From a virus (lineage: Duplodnaviria > Caudoviricetes), in the IMG/VR virus record IMGVR_UViG_3300010413_000034, positions 1 through 58,221 of that record: 58,221 bases of DNA; one strand, given 5' to 3'. A model generated the notes under the pieces. The model saw nothing but the letters and a program-made list of their open reading frames with translations. It made no database searches and was not told the DNA's origin. Below, piece after piece: positions 9,932 to 19,037 of this stretch (position 1 is its first letter; every line of letters begins with the position of its first letter). Both the position numbers and the translations under genes were made by a program.

Positions 9932-11744
9932 TTGGTTTTCATACGGTAAAGATAATATAATAAAATTTTCTGATAGTGTACTAAACCAAATAAAGGGCCC
10001 TAATGGAAGTGGAAAAACATCAATACACTTAATACTAGAAGAGACTTTATTTGGTAAAAATTCTAAAGGAATAAAAAAGCAAGCACTAATAAATAGAAAT
10101 ATTAAAAATGCACAGTTATATTCTGAAGTTGGTTTTTCTGTTGATAGTAATGATTATGTAGTAATTCTAAAAAGAAAAGCTACAATACAAATACAACTAT
10201 TAAAAAATGGAGAAGATATATCTTCACATACAGCAACTAATACATATAAAACAATTCAAAATATATTTAATTTAGATTTTAAAACATTCTCACAATTATT
10301 ATATCAAAGCTCTACTTCTAATTTAGAATTTTTGCAAGCTACAGATAGTAATAGAAAGAAATTTCTAATTAATTTATATAATTTAAATATATACTTAGAC
10401 ATACATGAAAAAATTAAATCTGCTGTAAATTCAACTAATACACAAATTCAAGTATTAACCGGAAAAATAAATACTATTGAAGAATGGGTAAGAAAAAATA
10501 AAAGAGAAACTTTAATAAAAAAAGAAAAAGTAGAAATACCAAAGATAAATAAAAAAGATATAGAAGAGTTAGCAGATTTAAAAGCAAAACATGTATCTAT
10601 AAAAAAAATAAATAAAGATATAAATGATAAATTAACGTTTAAAGAACAATTAGCTTCTTTAGATACTAATATTCTTAGTGAGTCACTTACACCACCAAAA
10701 AATATAGAAGAATTGAATGATAAAATTCAAAATTTAAAGAAGAAAAAAATAGAGAAAACAACAATAATTTCACAGAGAAAAACAGAAATAAATAAAATAA
10801 ATAATTTAGATAGTCAATGTCCTACATGTTTACAAACTATTGAACAAGATTTTAAAGAAGAATTAATAAATGATAGGCAAAAAGAAATAGATTTACTAGA
10901 AAAAGAAATTTATGAATGCTCTATGAGTATAAAAGATATAGAAAAACTATTAATAGATGCAAATATTATTCTAAGAAGAATAGAAGAAAGAAATAAAGTA
11001 GAAACAGAAGTAACTAAACTAATGTCTTCTATAAATGAAGAAATACCAGATGAAATAATAATAGAAACAGAATTATTAGAAAATATAAATAATTTATCAG
11101 AAAAAATAAATACTATTACAGAAGAAATACAAAAAATTAGTAAGTACAATGCAGAAGTTGACACACATAATTCAAAAGTATCTGTTATATTAAGTCAATT
11201 AGAAGAATATAATGAACAGTTAAAATCAGTAAGAAAAAATCTAGAAAAAGAAGAGCTTTTATATAATAGGTTAAATATACTAAAGAAAGCTTTCGGACCT
11301 AGTGGATTACCAAATTATAAAATAGATTATTTAGTTTCAGATCTAGAAAAGGAAATAAATAATTATTTAATAGATTTATCACAGGGTAAATTTCAATTTG
11401 AATTTACACTGAAAGATGATAAGTTAAATATAACCATCTTTGATGATGGAATAAATATAGGAATAGAGGAACTATCCGCAGGAGAATTAGCAAGAATAAA
11501 TGCGGCTACATTATTAGCGATACGTAAGCAGATGATGGTATTTTCCTCTACAAAAATAAATATACTATTTTTAGATGAAATTATGGGTGTTTTAGATACA
11601 GATGGAAAAGAAAAACTAGTAGAAATATTATATAAAGAAAATGATCTAAATACATTTTTAGTTTCACATGAATATTCACATCCATTAATTCCTCAGATAA
11701 ATATAGTAAAAACAAATAAAATAAGTAGGATAGAGAATGGTTGA
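9900..11744 (+). CDS. SbcC/Rad50-like ATPase (T5 D13)
   Basis: Walker A GPNGSGKT, coiled coils, Zn hook CPTC, signature LSAGE, Walker B LFLDE. Confidence 0.93.
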   Translation: MIIIKYLKWDNWFSYGKDNIIKFSDSVLNQIKGPNGSGKTSIHLILEETLFGKNSKGIKKQALINRNIKNAQLYSEVGFSVDSNDYVVILKRKATIQIQLLKNGEDISSHTATNTYKTIQNIFNLDFKTFSQLLYQSSTSNLEFLQATDSNRKKFLINLYNLNIYLDIHEKIKSAVNSTNTQIQVLTGKINTIEEWVRKNKRETLIKKEKVEIPKINKKDIEELADLKAKHVSIKKINKDINDKLTFKEQLASLDTNILSESLTPPKNIEELNDKIQNLKKKKIEKTTIISQRKTEINKINNLDSQCPTCLQTIEQDFKEELINDRQKEIDLLEKEIYECSMSIKDIEKLLIDANIILRRIEERNKVETEVTKLMSSINEEIPDEIIIETELLENINNLSEKINTITEEIQKISKYNAEVDTHNSKVSVILSQLEEYNEQLKSVRKNLEKEELLYNRLNILKKAFGPSGLPNYKIDYLVSDLEKEINNYLIDLSQGKFQFEFTLKDDKLNITIFDDGINIGIEELSAGELARINAATLLAIRKQMMVFSSTKINILFLDEIMGVLDTDGKEKLVEILYKENDLNTFLVSHEYSHPLIPQINIVKTNKISRIENG

Positions 11745-12222
11745 TAGTAGACAAAAGGGAGCTAGAGCAGAAACTGCGCTTAAAAAACTTCTTATAGAGA
11801 AAACTGGATTAACTTGGGAAAGAACTCCAGGTTCTGGAGCCCTAAATGAAAGGCATAAATTAAAGGGTGATTTATATATTCCAGGAAAAGATAATAAGTT
11901 TTGCATAGAGGTTAAACATTATAAAGAGGATCACTTAACTAGTAAAGTACTAACAGATAAAGAGCCACAACTCTTAAAATGGTGGAGTCAAGCAGAAAAT
12001 CAAGCATATCTAGTGCAAAAAGATCCTTTATTAATTTTTAAATTTGATAGAAGTAAATGGTTTATAGCATATACAATACATGCCTTTGATGGATTAATTG
12101 TTGACGAATTTCCTGAAATGAATTATAAGCACTTTATACTTTGGATTGATGAAGGTAGTCATCCAATATATATAACCAAACTAGAAAACTTTTTGGGGGA
12201 GAAAATAAAGTGGATTTTATAG
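11737..12222 (+). CDS. Holliday junction resolvase (T5 D14-like, PD-(D/E)XK)
   Basis: SRQKGARAE, RTPGSGA, KGDL, IEVKHY, WWSQA. Confidence 0.85.
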   Translation: MVDSRQKGARAETALKKLLIEKTGLTWERTPGSGALNERHKLKGDLYIPGKDNKFCIEVKHYKEDHLTSKVLTDKEPQLLKWWSQAENQAYLVQKDPLLIFKFDRSKWFIAYTIHAFDGLIVDEFPEMNYKHFILWIDEGSHPIYITKLENFLGEKIKWIL

Positions 12223-13046
12223 ACGCAAGACAGGAAACAGATACAAAAGATAGAGAAAATCTAATGATTGTAGATGGGCTAAATTTAGCGTTTAGATATA
12301 AATATGCAAATAAAAAACAATATGCAATAGAGTATCTAAATACAATCAAATCATTAGGTACTTCTTATGATGCTAAAGATATTATAATTCTTGGTGATGG
12401 TGGTTCTGATTATAGAGAAAATATTTATCCTGAGTATAAAAAAAGTAGAAAAGATCTTAAAACAACACAAACAGAAGAAGAGAAACAAAACTTTATAGAT
12501 TTTTTAGAAGAATTTAATAAAACTTTTGAATTATTAAATGAATTTTTTTATACATTTAGGTTTAAAGGGGTAGAGGCAGACGATATAGCTGCTTTCATAA
12601 CTAAATATTATAAACATAAATATAAACATGTTTGGTTAATAAGTAGTGATAAAGACTGGGATTTACTAATAGGTAGAAAAGTATCAAGATTTTCTACTGT
12701 AACAAGAAAAGAAACAACAGCTAAAAATTGGAACGAACATTATGAATATAATCAACCAGATCATATCAGTATTAAGGTTTTGATGGGCGATAAGGGAGAC
12801 GATATTCCAGGAGTAGATGGTGTAGGTATAAAAAGAGCAAGTTTATTAGTAAAAGATTATGGTACTGCTTTTGATGTTTATGCCTCTATGCCCCTTCCAG
12901 GAAAACAAAAATTTATAGAAAATTTAAATAAGTTTGGCGATAAAATTCTACTAAATTATGAATTAATGGATTTAGAAACATATTGTGAACAGGCAATTGG
13001 AGAAGAAAATATGCAAACAATTAGGGATGAATTAGGGGATGTATAA
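12210..13046 (+). CDS. 5'-3' flap endonuclease (T5 D15-like)
   Basis: IVDGLNLAFR, YPEYK, GVEADD, SSDKDWD, GDKGDDIPGVDGVGIKRA. Confidence 0.93.
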   Translation: MDFIDARQETDTKDRENLMIVDGLNLAFRYKYANKKQYAIEYLNTIKSLGTSYDAKDIIILGDGGSDYRENIYPEYKKSRKDLKTTQTEEEKQNFIDFLEEFNKTFELLNEFFYTFRFKGVEADDIAAFITKYYKHKYKHVWLISSDKDWDLLIGRKVSRFSTVTRKETTAKNWNEHYEYNQPDHISIKVLMGDKGDDIPGVDGVGIKRASLLVKDYGTAFDVYASMPLPGKQKFIENLNKFGDKILLNYELMDLETYCEQAIGEENMQTIRDELGDV

Positions 13047-13477
13047 TGAGATTAAATATTGTATTAGATGATGAAAAATGTATGCCATATAAAGAACATA
13101 CACAAGATATTGGATATGACTTACGCTCAAATAATGAAAATACAGTCGTTCTTCCAGGAGAAAAAACATTATTTAAAACAGGAGTTAAAGCACAAATTCC
13201 GAAGGGACATGTAGGAATAATAGCCCCTAGAAGTGGGCTTGGAACAAAATACGAATTATCTTTAGCAAATACTATAGGAATAATTGATCCAGATTATAGA
13301 GGTGAATTATTAGTTTGGGTTGTTAATAGAGGCAAAGAAGATATTTTTATAAAGAAATATGATAGATTTTGTCAGTTACTAATATTACCGGCTTTAATAG
13401 CTAATCTAAATATAGTAGGAGAATTGGGCAGCACCTCTAGAGGTGTTGGTGGATTTGGACATACAGGAGTAGAATAA
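13046..13477 (+). CDS. dut: trimeric dUTPase
   Basis: GYDL, PRSGLG, GIIDPDYRGE, RFCQL, RGVGGFGHTG. Confidence 0.95.
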   Translation: MRLNIVLDDEKCMPYKEHTQDIGYDLRSNNENTVVLPGEKTLFKTGVKAQIPKGHVGIIAPRSGLGTKYELSLANTIGIIDPDYRGELLVWVVNRGKEDIFIKKYDRFCQLLILPALIANLNIVGELGSTSRGVGGFGHTGVE

Positions 13478-13478
13478 G

Positions 13479-13649
13479 ATGCCATGTATAAAATGCTCAA
13501 ACGGAAAATGGAAATACGGTGAAAAGGGTAAATGTATTTATGAAACTAAGAAAAAATGCAATGATGCAGCTGCAGCAATACATATAGAAGAAGAGAAAGA
13601 GAATGAAGCCAAGCACAAGAGCAAATATAGTAACAAGAAGGACATATAG
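13479..13649 (+). CDS. small 56-aa Cys-rich protein, absent from the ORF track
   Basis: Hand translation MPCIKCSNGKWKYGEKGKCIYETKKKCNDAAAAIHIEEEKENEAKHKSKYSNKKDI*. GGAG lies about 9 nt upstream. Fills the dut-nrdJ gap and overlaps the nrdJ start. Confidence 0.7.
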   Translation: MPCIKCSNGKWKYGEKGKCIYETKKKCNDAAAAIHIEEEKENEAKHKSKYSNKKDI

Positions 13650-15663
13650 TAGACCTCTAAATGATGATGAAACTGAATTTGAAACCTGGGAACAAACTGT
13701 ATATAGGGTTATAGATCATCAAAGATGGCTTTGGGAAAGAGCATTAACACACAAAGAGTTCCCAGATATTCCGTTACATGATTTAACAGAAGATATACTA
13801 GAATGGCAATCATTAAGTGAAGAGCAAGAAAAAGAACTAGAAGACTTACATTATATAATATTAAATCGAGAAGGATTACCTAGTGGAAGAACCCTCTGGT
13901 TAGGTGGTACTAATATTTCTAAAAAACGAGAAGCCAGTCAATTTAATTGTGCCCATACAGAAATACAAACAGTATATGATTTTGTAGATTTATTTTGGTT
14001 ATTACTACAAGGTTGTGGGGTGGGTTTTACACCAAAAGTTGGAACACTAACAGGATTTAGAAAACCAATACCAAATATAAAAATAATTAGGTCTAAAAGA
14101 ACCCAAAAGGGTGGCCACGAGCAAAATGAAGAAACTTTTATAGATGGCGTATGGACAATATCTGTAGGAGATAGTGCAGAAGCTTGGGCTAAATCAATTG
14201 GAAAATTATTAGCTGGAAAATATAAAGCACATACGTTGATTTTTGATTTTAGTCAGATTAGACCGGAAGGAGAAAGATTAAAAGGATATGGATGGATATC
14301 TAGTGGAGATGGCCCAATATCTAGAGCCTATCCAGCTATTGCTAACATACTGAATAAGCGAGCTGGAGCTATACTAACTAAATTAGATATATTAGATATT
14401 GCTAATTGGTTAGGTACTGTATTAAGTTCTAGAAGAAGTGCCGAAATAGCATTAGTTGAGTACAATTCCGATGAATGGAAAGAATTTGCTAGTGCTAAAG
14501 AAAATATCTATACAGATAAAAATATAAAGCATAGAGCACAATCTAATAACTCTTTAGTTTTTTATAATAAACCAAGTAAAAAAGAATTATCAAAAATATT
14601 TGATTTAATAATCAAGCATGGTGGTAGTGAGCCAGGAATAATAAATGGACAAACGGCTAAAAAGAGAGCACCCTGGTTTTCTGGTGTAAATCCATGCGGA
14701 GAAATATTATTAGCAAATAAATCTTTTTGTAATTTGGTAGAAATACCGGTTTCTAGATTTAAAAATAATATGTCCAGATTATTCGAGGTCATACATTTAC
14801 TAGCTAGGGCTAACTACAGGCAGACTATAGTAGATTTTAGAGATGGAATACTACAAGAGTCTTGGCATTTAAATAATGAGTTTCTTAGATTATGTGGTGT
14901 TAGCACAACCGGAACTGCTCAAAGAGACGATTTAACAGAGTATGAATGGAAATCCCTAAATAGAAGTGCCACAATAGCAGCTTGTGGCATGGCCAAAGAA
15001 TTAGGGCTACAAAGACCAAAAAATGTAACCACAGGAAAGCCTAGTGGTACACTGTCTAAGATTATGGGAACTGAAGATCAGGAGGTATGGGAGGGTATAC
15101 ATAAACCATTAGGAAGATATATCTTTAATTGGGTAAACTTTTCTAGAAAGGATCCCCTAGTAGAGAAATTAAAAGATGCAAATTACAGATGGATACTACA
15201 TCCCACTGAACCAGAAGGTATTCTATTCTGCCTGCCAATAGATAATGGGAATTATTTTGATAGGGTAACAGTTAATAGAAATGATGGAACTGAAGAAATT
15301 CTAGAAATAAATAAAGAAAGTGCTATAGATCAATTAGAAAGATATAAAAAGATACAGATGTATTATTGTGATCAGAATGTTTCTAATACAATTAGTTACT
15401 CTCCAGATGAAAAAGAAGATATAGTAGATTGGCTATATGATAATTGGGACATTTATGTTGGGGTAAGTTTTTTATTCAGACAAGACCCAACATTAAGTGC
15501 AAAAGACCTAGGCTATGAATATCTTCCACAAGAAGTTGTAACTAAGGAAAGATATGAAGAGTATATAGCTATATTAAAGGATATAGATTTCTCTAATACA
15601 GGTACTACGGAAGAGATAAATTCTCAGGAAGAATGTGCTGGGGGAATGTGTCCAATCAAATAA
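13603..15663 (+). CDS. nrdJ: class II adenosylcobalamin-dependent ribonucleotide reductase (monomeric RTPR type)
   Basis: RRTYSR, PSGRTLW, FNC, GCGVGF, RRSAEIAL, NPCGEI, CNLVE, KPSGT and C-terminal redox pair CAGGMCPIK. No beta subunit nearby. Confidence 0.92.
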   Translation: MKPSTRANIVTRRTYSRPLNDDETEFETWEQTVYRVIDHQRWLWERALTHKEFPDIPLHDLTEDILEWQSLSEEQEKELEDLHYIILNREGLPSGRTLWLGGTNISKKREASQFNCAHTEIQTVYDFVDLFWLLLQGCGVGFTPKVGTLTGFRKPIPNIKIIRSKRTQKGGHEQNEETFIDGVWTISVGDSAEAWAKSIGKLLAGKYKAHTLIFDFSQIRPEGERLKGYGWISSGDGPISRAYPAIANILNKRAGAILTKLDILDIANWLGTVLSSRRSAEIALVEYNSDEWKEFASAKENIYTDKNIKHRAQSNNSLVFYNKPSKKELSKIFDLIIKHGGSEPGIINGQTAKKRAPWFSGVNPCGEILLANKSFCNLVEIPVSRFKNNMSRLFEVIHLLARANYRQTIVDFRDGILQESWHLNNEFLRLCGVSTTGTAQRDDLTEYEWKSLNRSATIAACGMAKELGLQRPKNVTTGKPSGTLSKIMGTEDQEVWEGIHKPLGRYIFNWVNFSRKDPLVEKLKDANYRWILHPTEPEGILFCLPIDNGNYFDRVTVNRNDGTEEILEINKESAIDQLERYKKIQMYYCDQNVSNTISYSPDEKEDIVDWLYDNWDIYVGVSFLFRQDPTLSAKDLGYEYLPQEVVTKERYEEYIAILKDIDFSNTGTTEEINSQEECAGGMCPIK

Positions 15664-15689
15664 AAAAAGAGGGCTTAGCCCTCTTTTTT
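15662..15689. terminator. bidirectional intrinsic terminator at the convergence of the early and late operons
   Basis: aaaaaaagagggc-tta-gccctctttttt: A-tract, GC stem, T-tract. The holin stop codon lies in the loop. Confidence 0.9.
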
Positions 15690-16256
15690 ATTGAATGAAA
15701 TAAAGGGTTTAATGTCTTCCCCCGCTATAACTCTCTTTTCTTTTCCTCTGTGATATGCAGCGATACCAAGTATTGCTAATGGAACAGCCCAGAAAACATC
15801 TAAAGCTGTAAAGGCCATAATTATAGTAGCCGCAGAAGAAGTTTTAAATACTACAACATACATAACAGTTAGTACTTGCAGAAAAAATGCTATGGCTGTA
15901 GAATAGCCCCAAAATGGTCTCCACCTTCTAGTCCATTTATCTCCGGATAAAGCTTCTGCTCGTATTGTTTCATTTACTGTTTGCAGTCTACTAGTATCTG
16001 CTACTAATTCATTTTCTGCTTTTTTCATTAAAAGAGTTTCTAATGTTTCTCTATGTTTTGTCTCTATTTCCCTTAGTTTTATAGCAGATTGAGGATCTTT
16101 TGCAATTATTTGTTCTAGCTCAGCAGGATCTTCCGCGCCGAATACTGCGGCTATTATACTACCTATTGCCGCGCCACCAGGTATAGGTAATGCAGCTCCT
16201 AGCATTGGGGCATATTTTGCTACTGTTCTAGCTAATTTTTCTATCTTATCATTCAT
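15675..16256 (-). CDS. putative holin (3TM / GTA-holin-like)
   Basis: APMLGAAL..PGGAAIG N-terminus, helical linker, W.RRWRPFWGY, two hydrophobic helices and a basic tail (RGKEKR). Adjacent to the endolysin. Confidence 0.75.
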   Translation of the reverse strand: MNDKIEKLARTVAKYAPMLGAALPIPGGAAIGSIIAAVFGAEDPAELEQIIAKDPQSAIKLREIETKHRETLETLLMKKAENELVADTSRLQTVNETIRAEALSGDKWTRRWRPFWGYSTAIAFFLQVLTVMYVVVFKTSSAATIIMAFTALDVFWAVPLAILGIAAYHRGKEKRVIAGEDIKPFISFNKKEG

Positions 16257-16554
16257 CTTTTAGCTCCGATTTTAGTATTAAAGAAGCTATAAATATAAAT
16301 GGAACAACAACTGCCCAAATAGGTGTAGTCATAATAATAACTGCCCCAATAGCATGTCCTAATTTATATGCAGCATCTGGACCTTCTCTTTTCTCCTTTC
16401 TAGGTTCTCCTATTCCGAGTTTTCTTAAGCCTTCTACTACGTAATCTGTAATAGCATGACTAAATTGCTCAGCGGTAAATTTTAACCTAGTCCATGGTTG
16501 ATCCAATTCTTCTAAAAATTGATCTATTTTTTCTAGTCTTTCATCTTTATACAT
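16249..16554 (-). CDS. hypothetical membrane protein in the lysis cassette
   Basis: C-terminal hydrophobic stretch AIGAVIIMTTPIWAVVVPFIFIASLIL. Tightly coupled between endolysin and holin. Confidence 0.6.
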   Translation of the reverse strand: MYKDERLEKIDQFLEELDQPWTRLKFTAEQFSHAITDYVVEGLRKLGIGEPRKEKREGPDAAYKLGHAIGAVIIMTTPIWAVVVPFIFIASLILKSELKDE

Positions 16555-16556
16555 AT

Positions 16557-16967
16557 TTACTCCACTATCTCAAAATGTACTAGGTCATCAAAAGTATTAT
16601 CTTTATAATCACCGTCTTTATCCCAATCTCCACCGAATCTTAACTTTACTCCATGCTTTTCAGCTATAAAAAACACTATAGCTTTTAACTCATAAAATTT
16701 TACTCTATCTTTCCATTTTGCTCCCCAATTGCCGGGTATCGGCCAAGGTGCCGCGTCTACGGCTAATGAAGGATAAGAATTATGTTTACTTTGGGGAAAT
16801 TTTAATTTAGAATTTCCTTCTGTATAAGCTTTATTTTGTTCTTCTTCTGTTCGATGGCCACAAAGAATAGTACAATCATAATACTCAATTACTTCATTAA
16901 ATATATCTTGAAGTCTGGAATCACATTGCTCTAATCTAGTTTTTGATGAAGTTCCAAATTTTGGCAT
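16557..16967 (-). CDS. lys: endolysin, L-Ala-D-Glu peptidase (M15 family, T5 Lys-like)
   Basis: CGHRTEEEQ, SKH...AVD, RFGGDW, DLVHFE. Confidence 0.92.
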   Translation of the reverse strand: MPKFGTSSKTRLEQCDSRLQDIFNEVIEYYDCTILCGHRTEEEQNKAYTEGNSKLKFPQSKHNSYPSLAVDAAPWPIPGNWGAKWKDRVKFYELKAIVFFIAEKHGVKLRFGGDWDKDGDYKDNTFDDLVHFEIVE

Positions 16968-16971
16968 AATA

Positions 16972-18129
16972 TTACCTTAGTACGAGAATAAGCATTCTTA
17001 AATAACGGCATTGTACAGAAGAACCAACACCGTAAAAATCTAAATCTATAGTTCCAGTTCTGGAAACTCTAGATATACCCCAAGTACTAAACCTTTGGTC
17101 TGTATCATTATAATATGAATTATTAGTATAACTCACCTCAATTACATTAGCTTCGGCATGTTGAATTCGAAATGTAGGTTCTACAGCAGCCACATTTCCA
17201 CCAATATCTGCCCATATAAGTAGTGTTTGACCAGACGTTGTAGTAATAGAAGGTCCAGTATATATAGGTTTCCATCCACTTTCTTGATTCCAACTTATTC
17301 CTGGATCTACAAGAATATCATGAGAAGTAACTACGCAATTATTAGCAGAAGCTAATAGTCCTAAACCAGAAACGTCTGCTGTAGTTATAGCTAAACTTGC
17401 TTTAGCTGAAGCGGGAGACTGAGAGCCCCAAGAACTACCAGTCCCCACCAGAAAATATTTCCAACCAGGGGTTGTAGCTGCTATATCTACTAATCTTCCA
17501 TTATATGGCTGTGCCCCTATATTACTTACGGCACCTGCTGCAGAAGTAGCACCTGTTCCACCATTGGCTATTTGCAATGTTCCAGTAACTTGCGTTTGAA
17601 GATTTACAACATTCAAGGTAGCTAAAGCACCCAATCCTGAAATGGCGGCAACAGTATGATTATGTCCAGCAGCTGCTATTCCCGCTTCTGTATAGCTTTG
17701 ATCCTTCCATACTGCTGATGTTGAATCATATACTAATACATCTTTATTTTGTAGTGGTCCTGTTATTGAAGTATCTGTTAATGAACTTATATTATCTGGG
17801 CTACCTGCTTGAGACGGTGCACCACCATCTATTAAATTTCCCTCTGAATCTACAATAACTAGATTTCCAGGAACTAATGTACCACCCAATTTAACTACAG
17901 AAATAGCCAAAATTCCACTATCTTGTATATTTCCAAAGGTATCTGCCTGTAATAGATATCCATTTGATTCTATTCCTACTTTATCAGCCTTACTAGTAAT
18001 TAGTCCCTCAACTAATGTAGATTCTGTTGTTAAATTAGTGCCAACAGAAGTTATAAATGTACTAATTTTTGTTGGGTAATTAATATCTCCAGTTACAGGA
18101 ATAAGGCTTGTATAATTATATGTTGTCAT
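16972..18129 (-). CDS. tail fibre protein
   Basis: Fibre motifs ISSLTDTSIT, DVLVYDS...W, HNHTVAAISGL, GTLQIANGGTGATSAAGA. Last gene of the tail module. Confidence 0.75.
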   Translation of the reverse strand: MTTYNYTSLIPVTGDINYPTKISTFITSVGTNLTTESTLVEGLITSKADKVGIESNGYLLQADTFGNIQDSGILAISVVKLGGTLVPGNLVIVDSEGNLIDGGAPSQAGSPDNISSLTDTSITGPLQNKDVLVYDSTSAVWKDQSYTEAGIAAAGHNHTVAAISGLGALATLNVVNLQTQVTGTLQIANGGTGATSAAGAVSNIGAQPYNGRLVDIAATTPGWKYFLVGTGSSWGSQSPASAKASLAITTADVSGLGLLASANNCVVTSHDILVDPGISWNQESGWKPIYTGPSITTTSGQTLLIWADIGGNVAAVEPTFRIQHAEANVIEVSYTNNSYYNDTDQRFSTWGISRVSRTGTIDLDFYGVGSSVQCRYLRMLILVLR

Positions 18130-19037
18130 TATATTTCCTCTATTTCATAATTTGCTCTATAATAATTAGGAGCAAATTCGGAATATTTTGGTATTTTTGT
18201 TAATTTTACTATCCCACTGTAATCTATTTCTTTATCTCTAGATAGATCTCCTGGGAAGCAAGACATAAAGAAATCTTTTCTTAATCCAACACTACGAAGC
18301 CCGTGCTGTATACTTATTCTACTGCTTTCTGGTATTGTATTTAAAGAAAATTGCCATTTTCTATATGGCGTTGAAAAATTTGATTTTAAACTTCCGGATT
18401 GCGTTCTATACTGTTGAGTATTCTCTTCCCAACTTAAAGAATGACCAAAAGATATATTATATGGAACCTCTATATATTCTCCTATAATTAATCGCCCAAT
18501 TTCAAAATAAGTAATTAATGAATTTGGAACATCTAGTTCCTCTACGGGATCATCTATAGATAATCGTATGACAAAAGATTTAACATTATAAACTACAGAA
18601 TCAATCCAATGTACTAAATTCTTAACTGGTTGAAATTCATCCTCCTTTATAACATCAAATCCCCAAGCATCAATACCCCATAGGAATACACCCCATGGAA
18701 GTATTTCGCTTGCTTGACTACCTTCAGTTATAAGTTGTGTTTCAGAACTATAAAGTAAATTAGAAAAACTAGTTTCCCCATATAAATTAATAGTATATCT
18801 AGTATTTAATGTAAAATTATGTGCTCCTAAAATTATAGCTGAAACAGCTTTAGAAGAGTTAAAAATTCCCTTTATTTCTATTGTGGAATTATCTACTGTA
18901 CGCATAACTTTAGCTTTAGATGAAAATTTCAAATTTTCAATATTTAATACTGGATCTGTAGTAGCTAAACTAGTAAATAATGAGGAAGTATCAACATAAT
19001 TATTTAATACAAATCTTAATTTAGACATTATATCCAT
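18129..19037 (-). CDS. tail tip / distal tail component
   Basis: AIILGAHNF, LPWGVFLWG, FEIGRLIIG, YRTQSGS...YRKWQFSL. Coupled directly after the tail hub gene. Confidence 0.65.
   Translation of the reverse strand: MDIMSKLRFVLNNYVDTSSLFTSLATTDPVLNIENLKFSSKAKVMRTVDNSTIEIKGIFNSSKAVSAIILGAHNFTLNTRYTINLYGETSFSNLLYSSETQLITEGSQASEILPWGVFLWGIDAWGFDVIKEDEFQPVKNLVHWIDSVVYNVKSFVIRLSIDDPVEELDVPNSLITYFEIGRLIIGEYIEVPYNISFGHSLSWEENTQQYRTQSGSLKSNFSTPYRKWQFSLNTIPESSRISIQHGLRSVGLRKDFFMSCFPGDLSRDKEIDYSGIVKLTKIPKYSEFAPNYYRANYEIEEI

Noticed and set aside
326-14792. Short - strand ORFs within the replication genes
   Set aside because: Antisense shadows with Phe/Ile/Ser-rich translations typical of AT-rich reverse frames.
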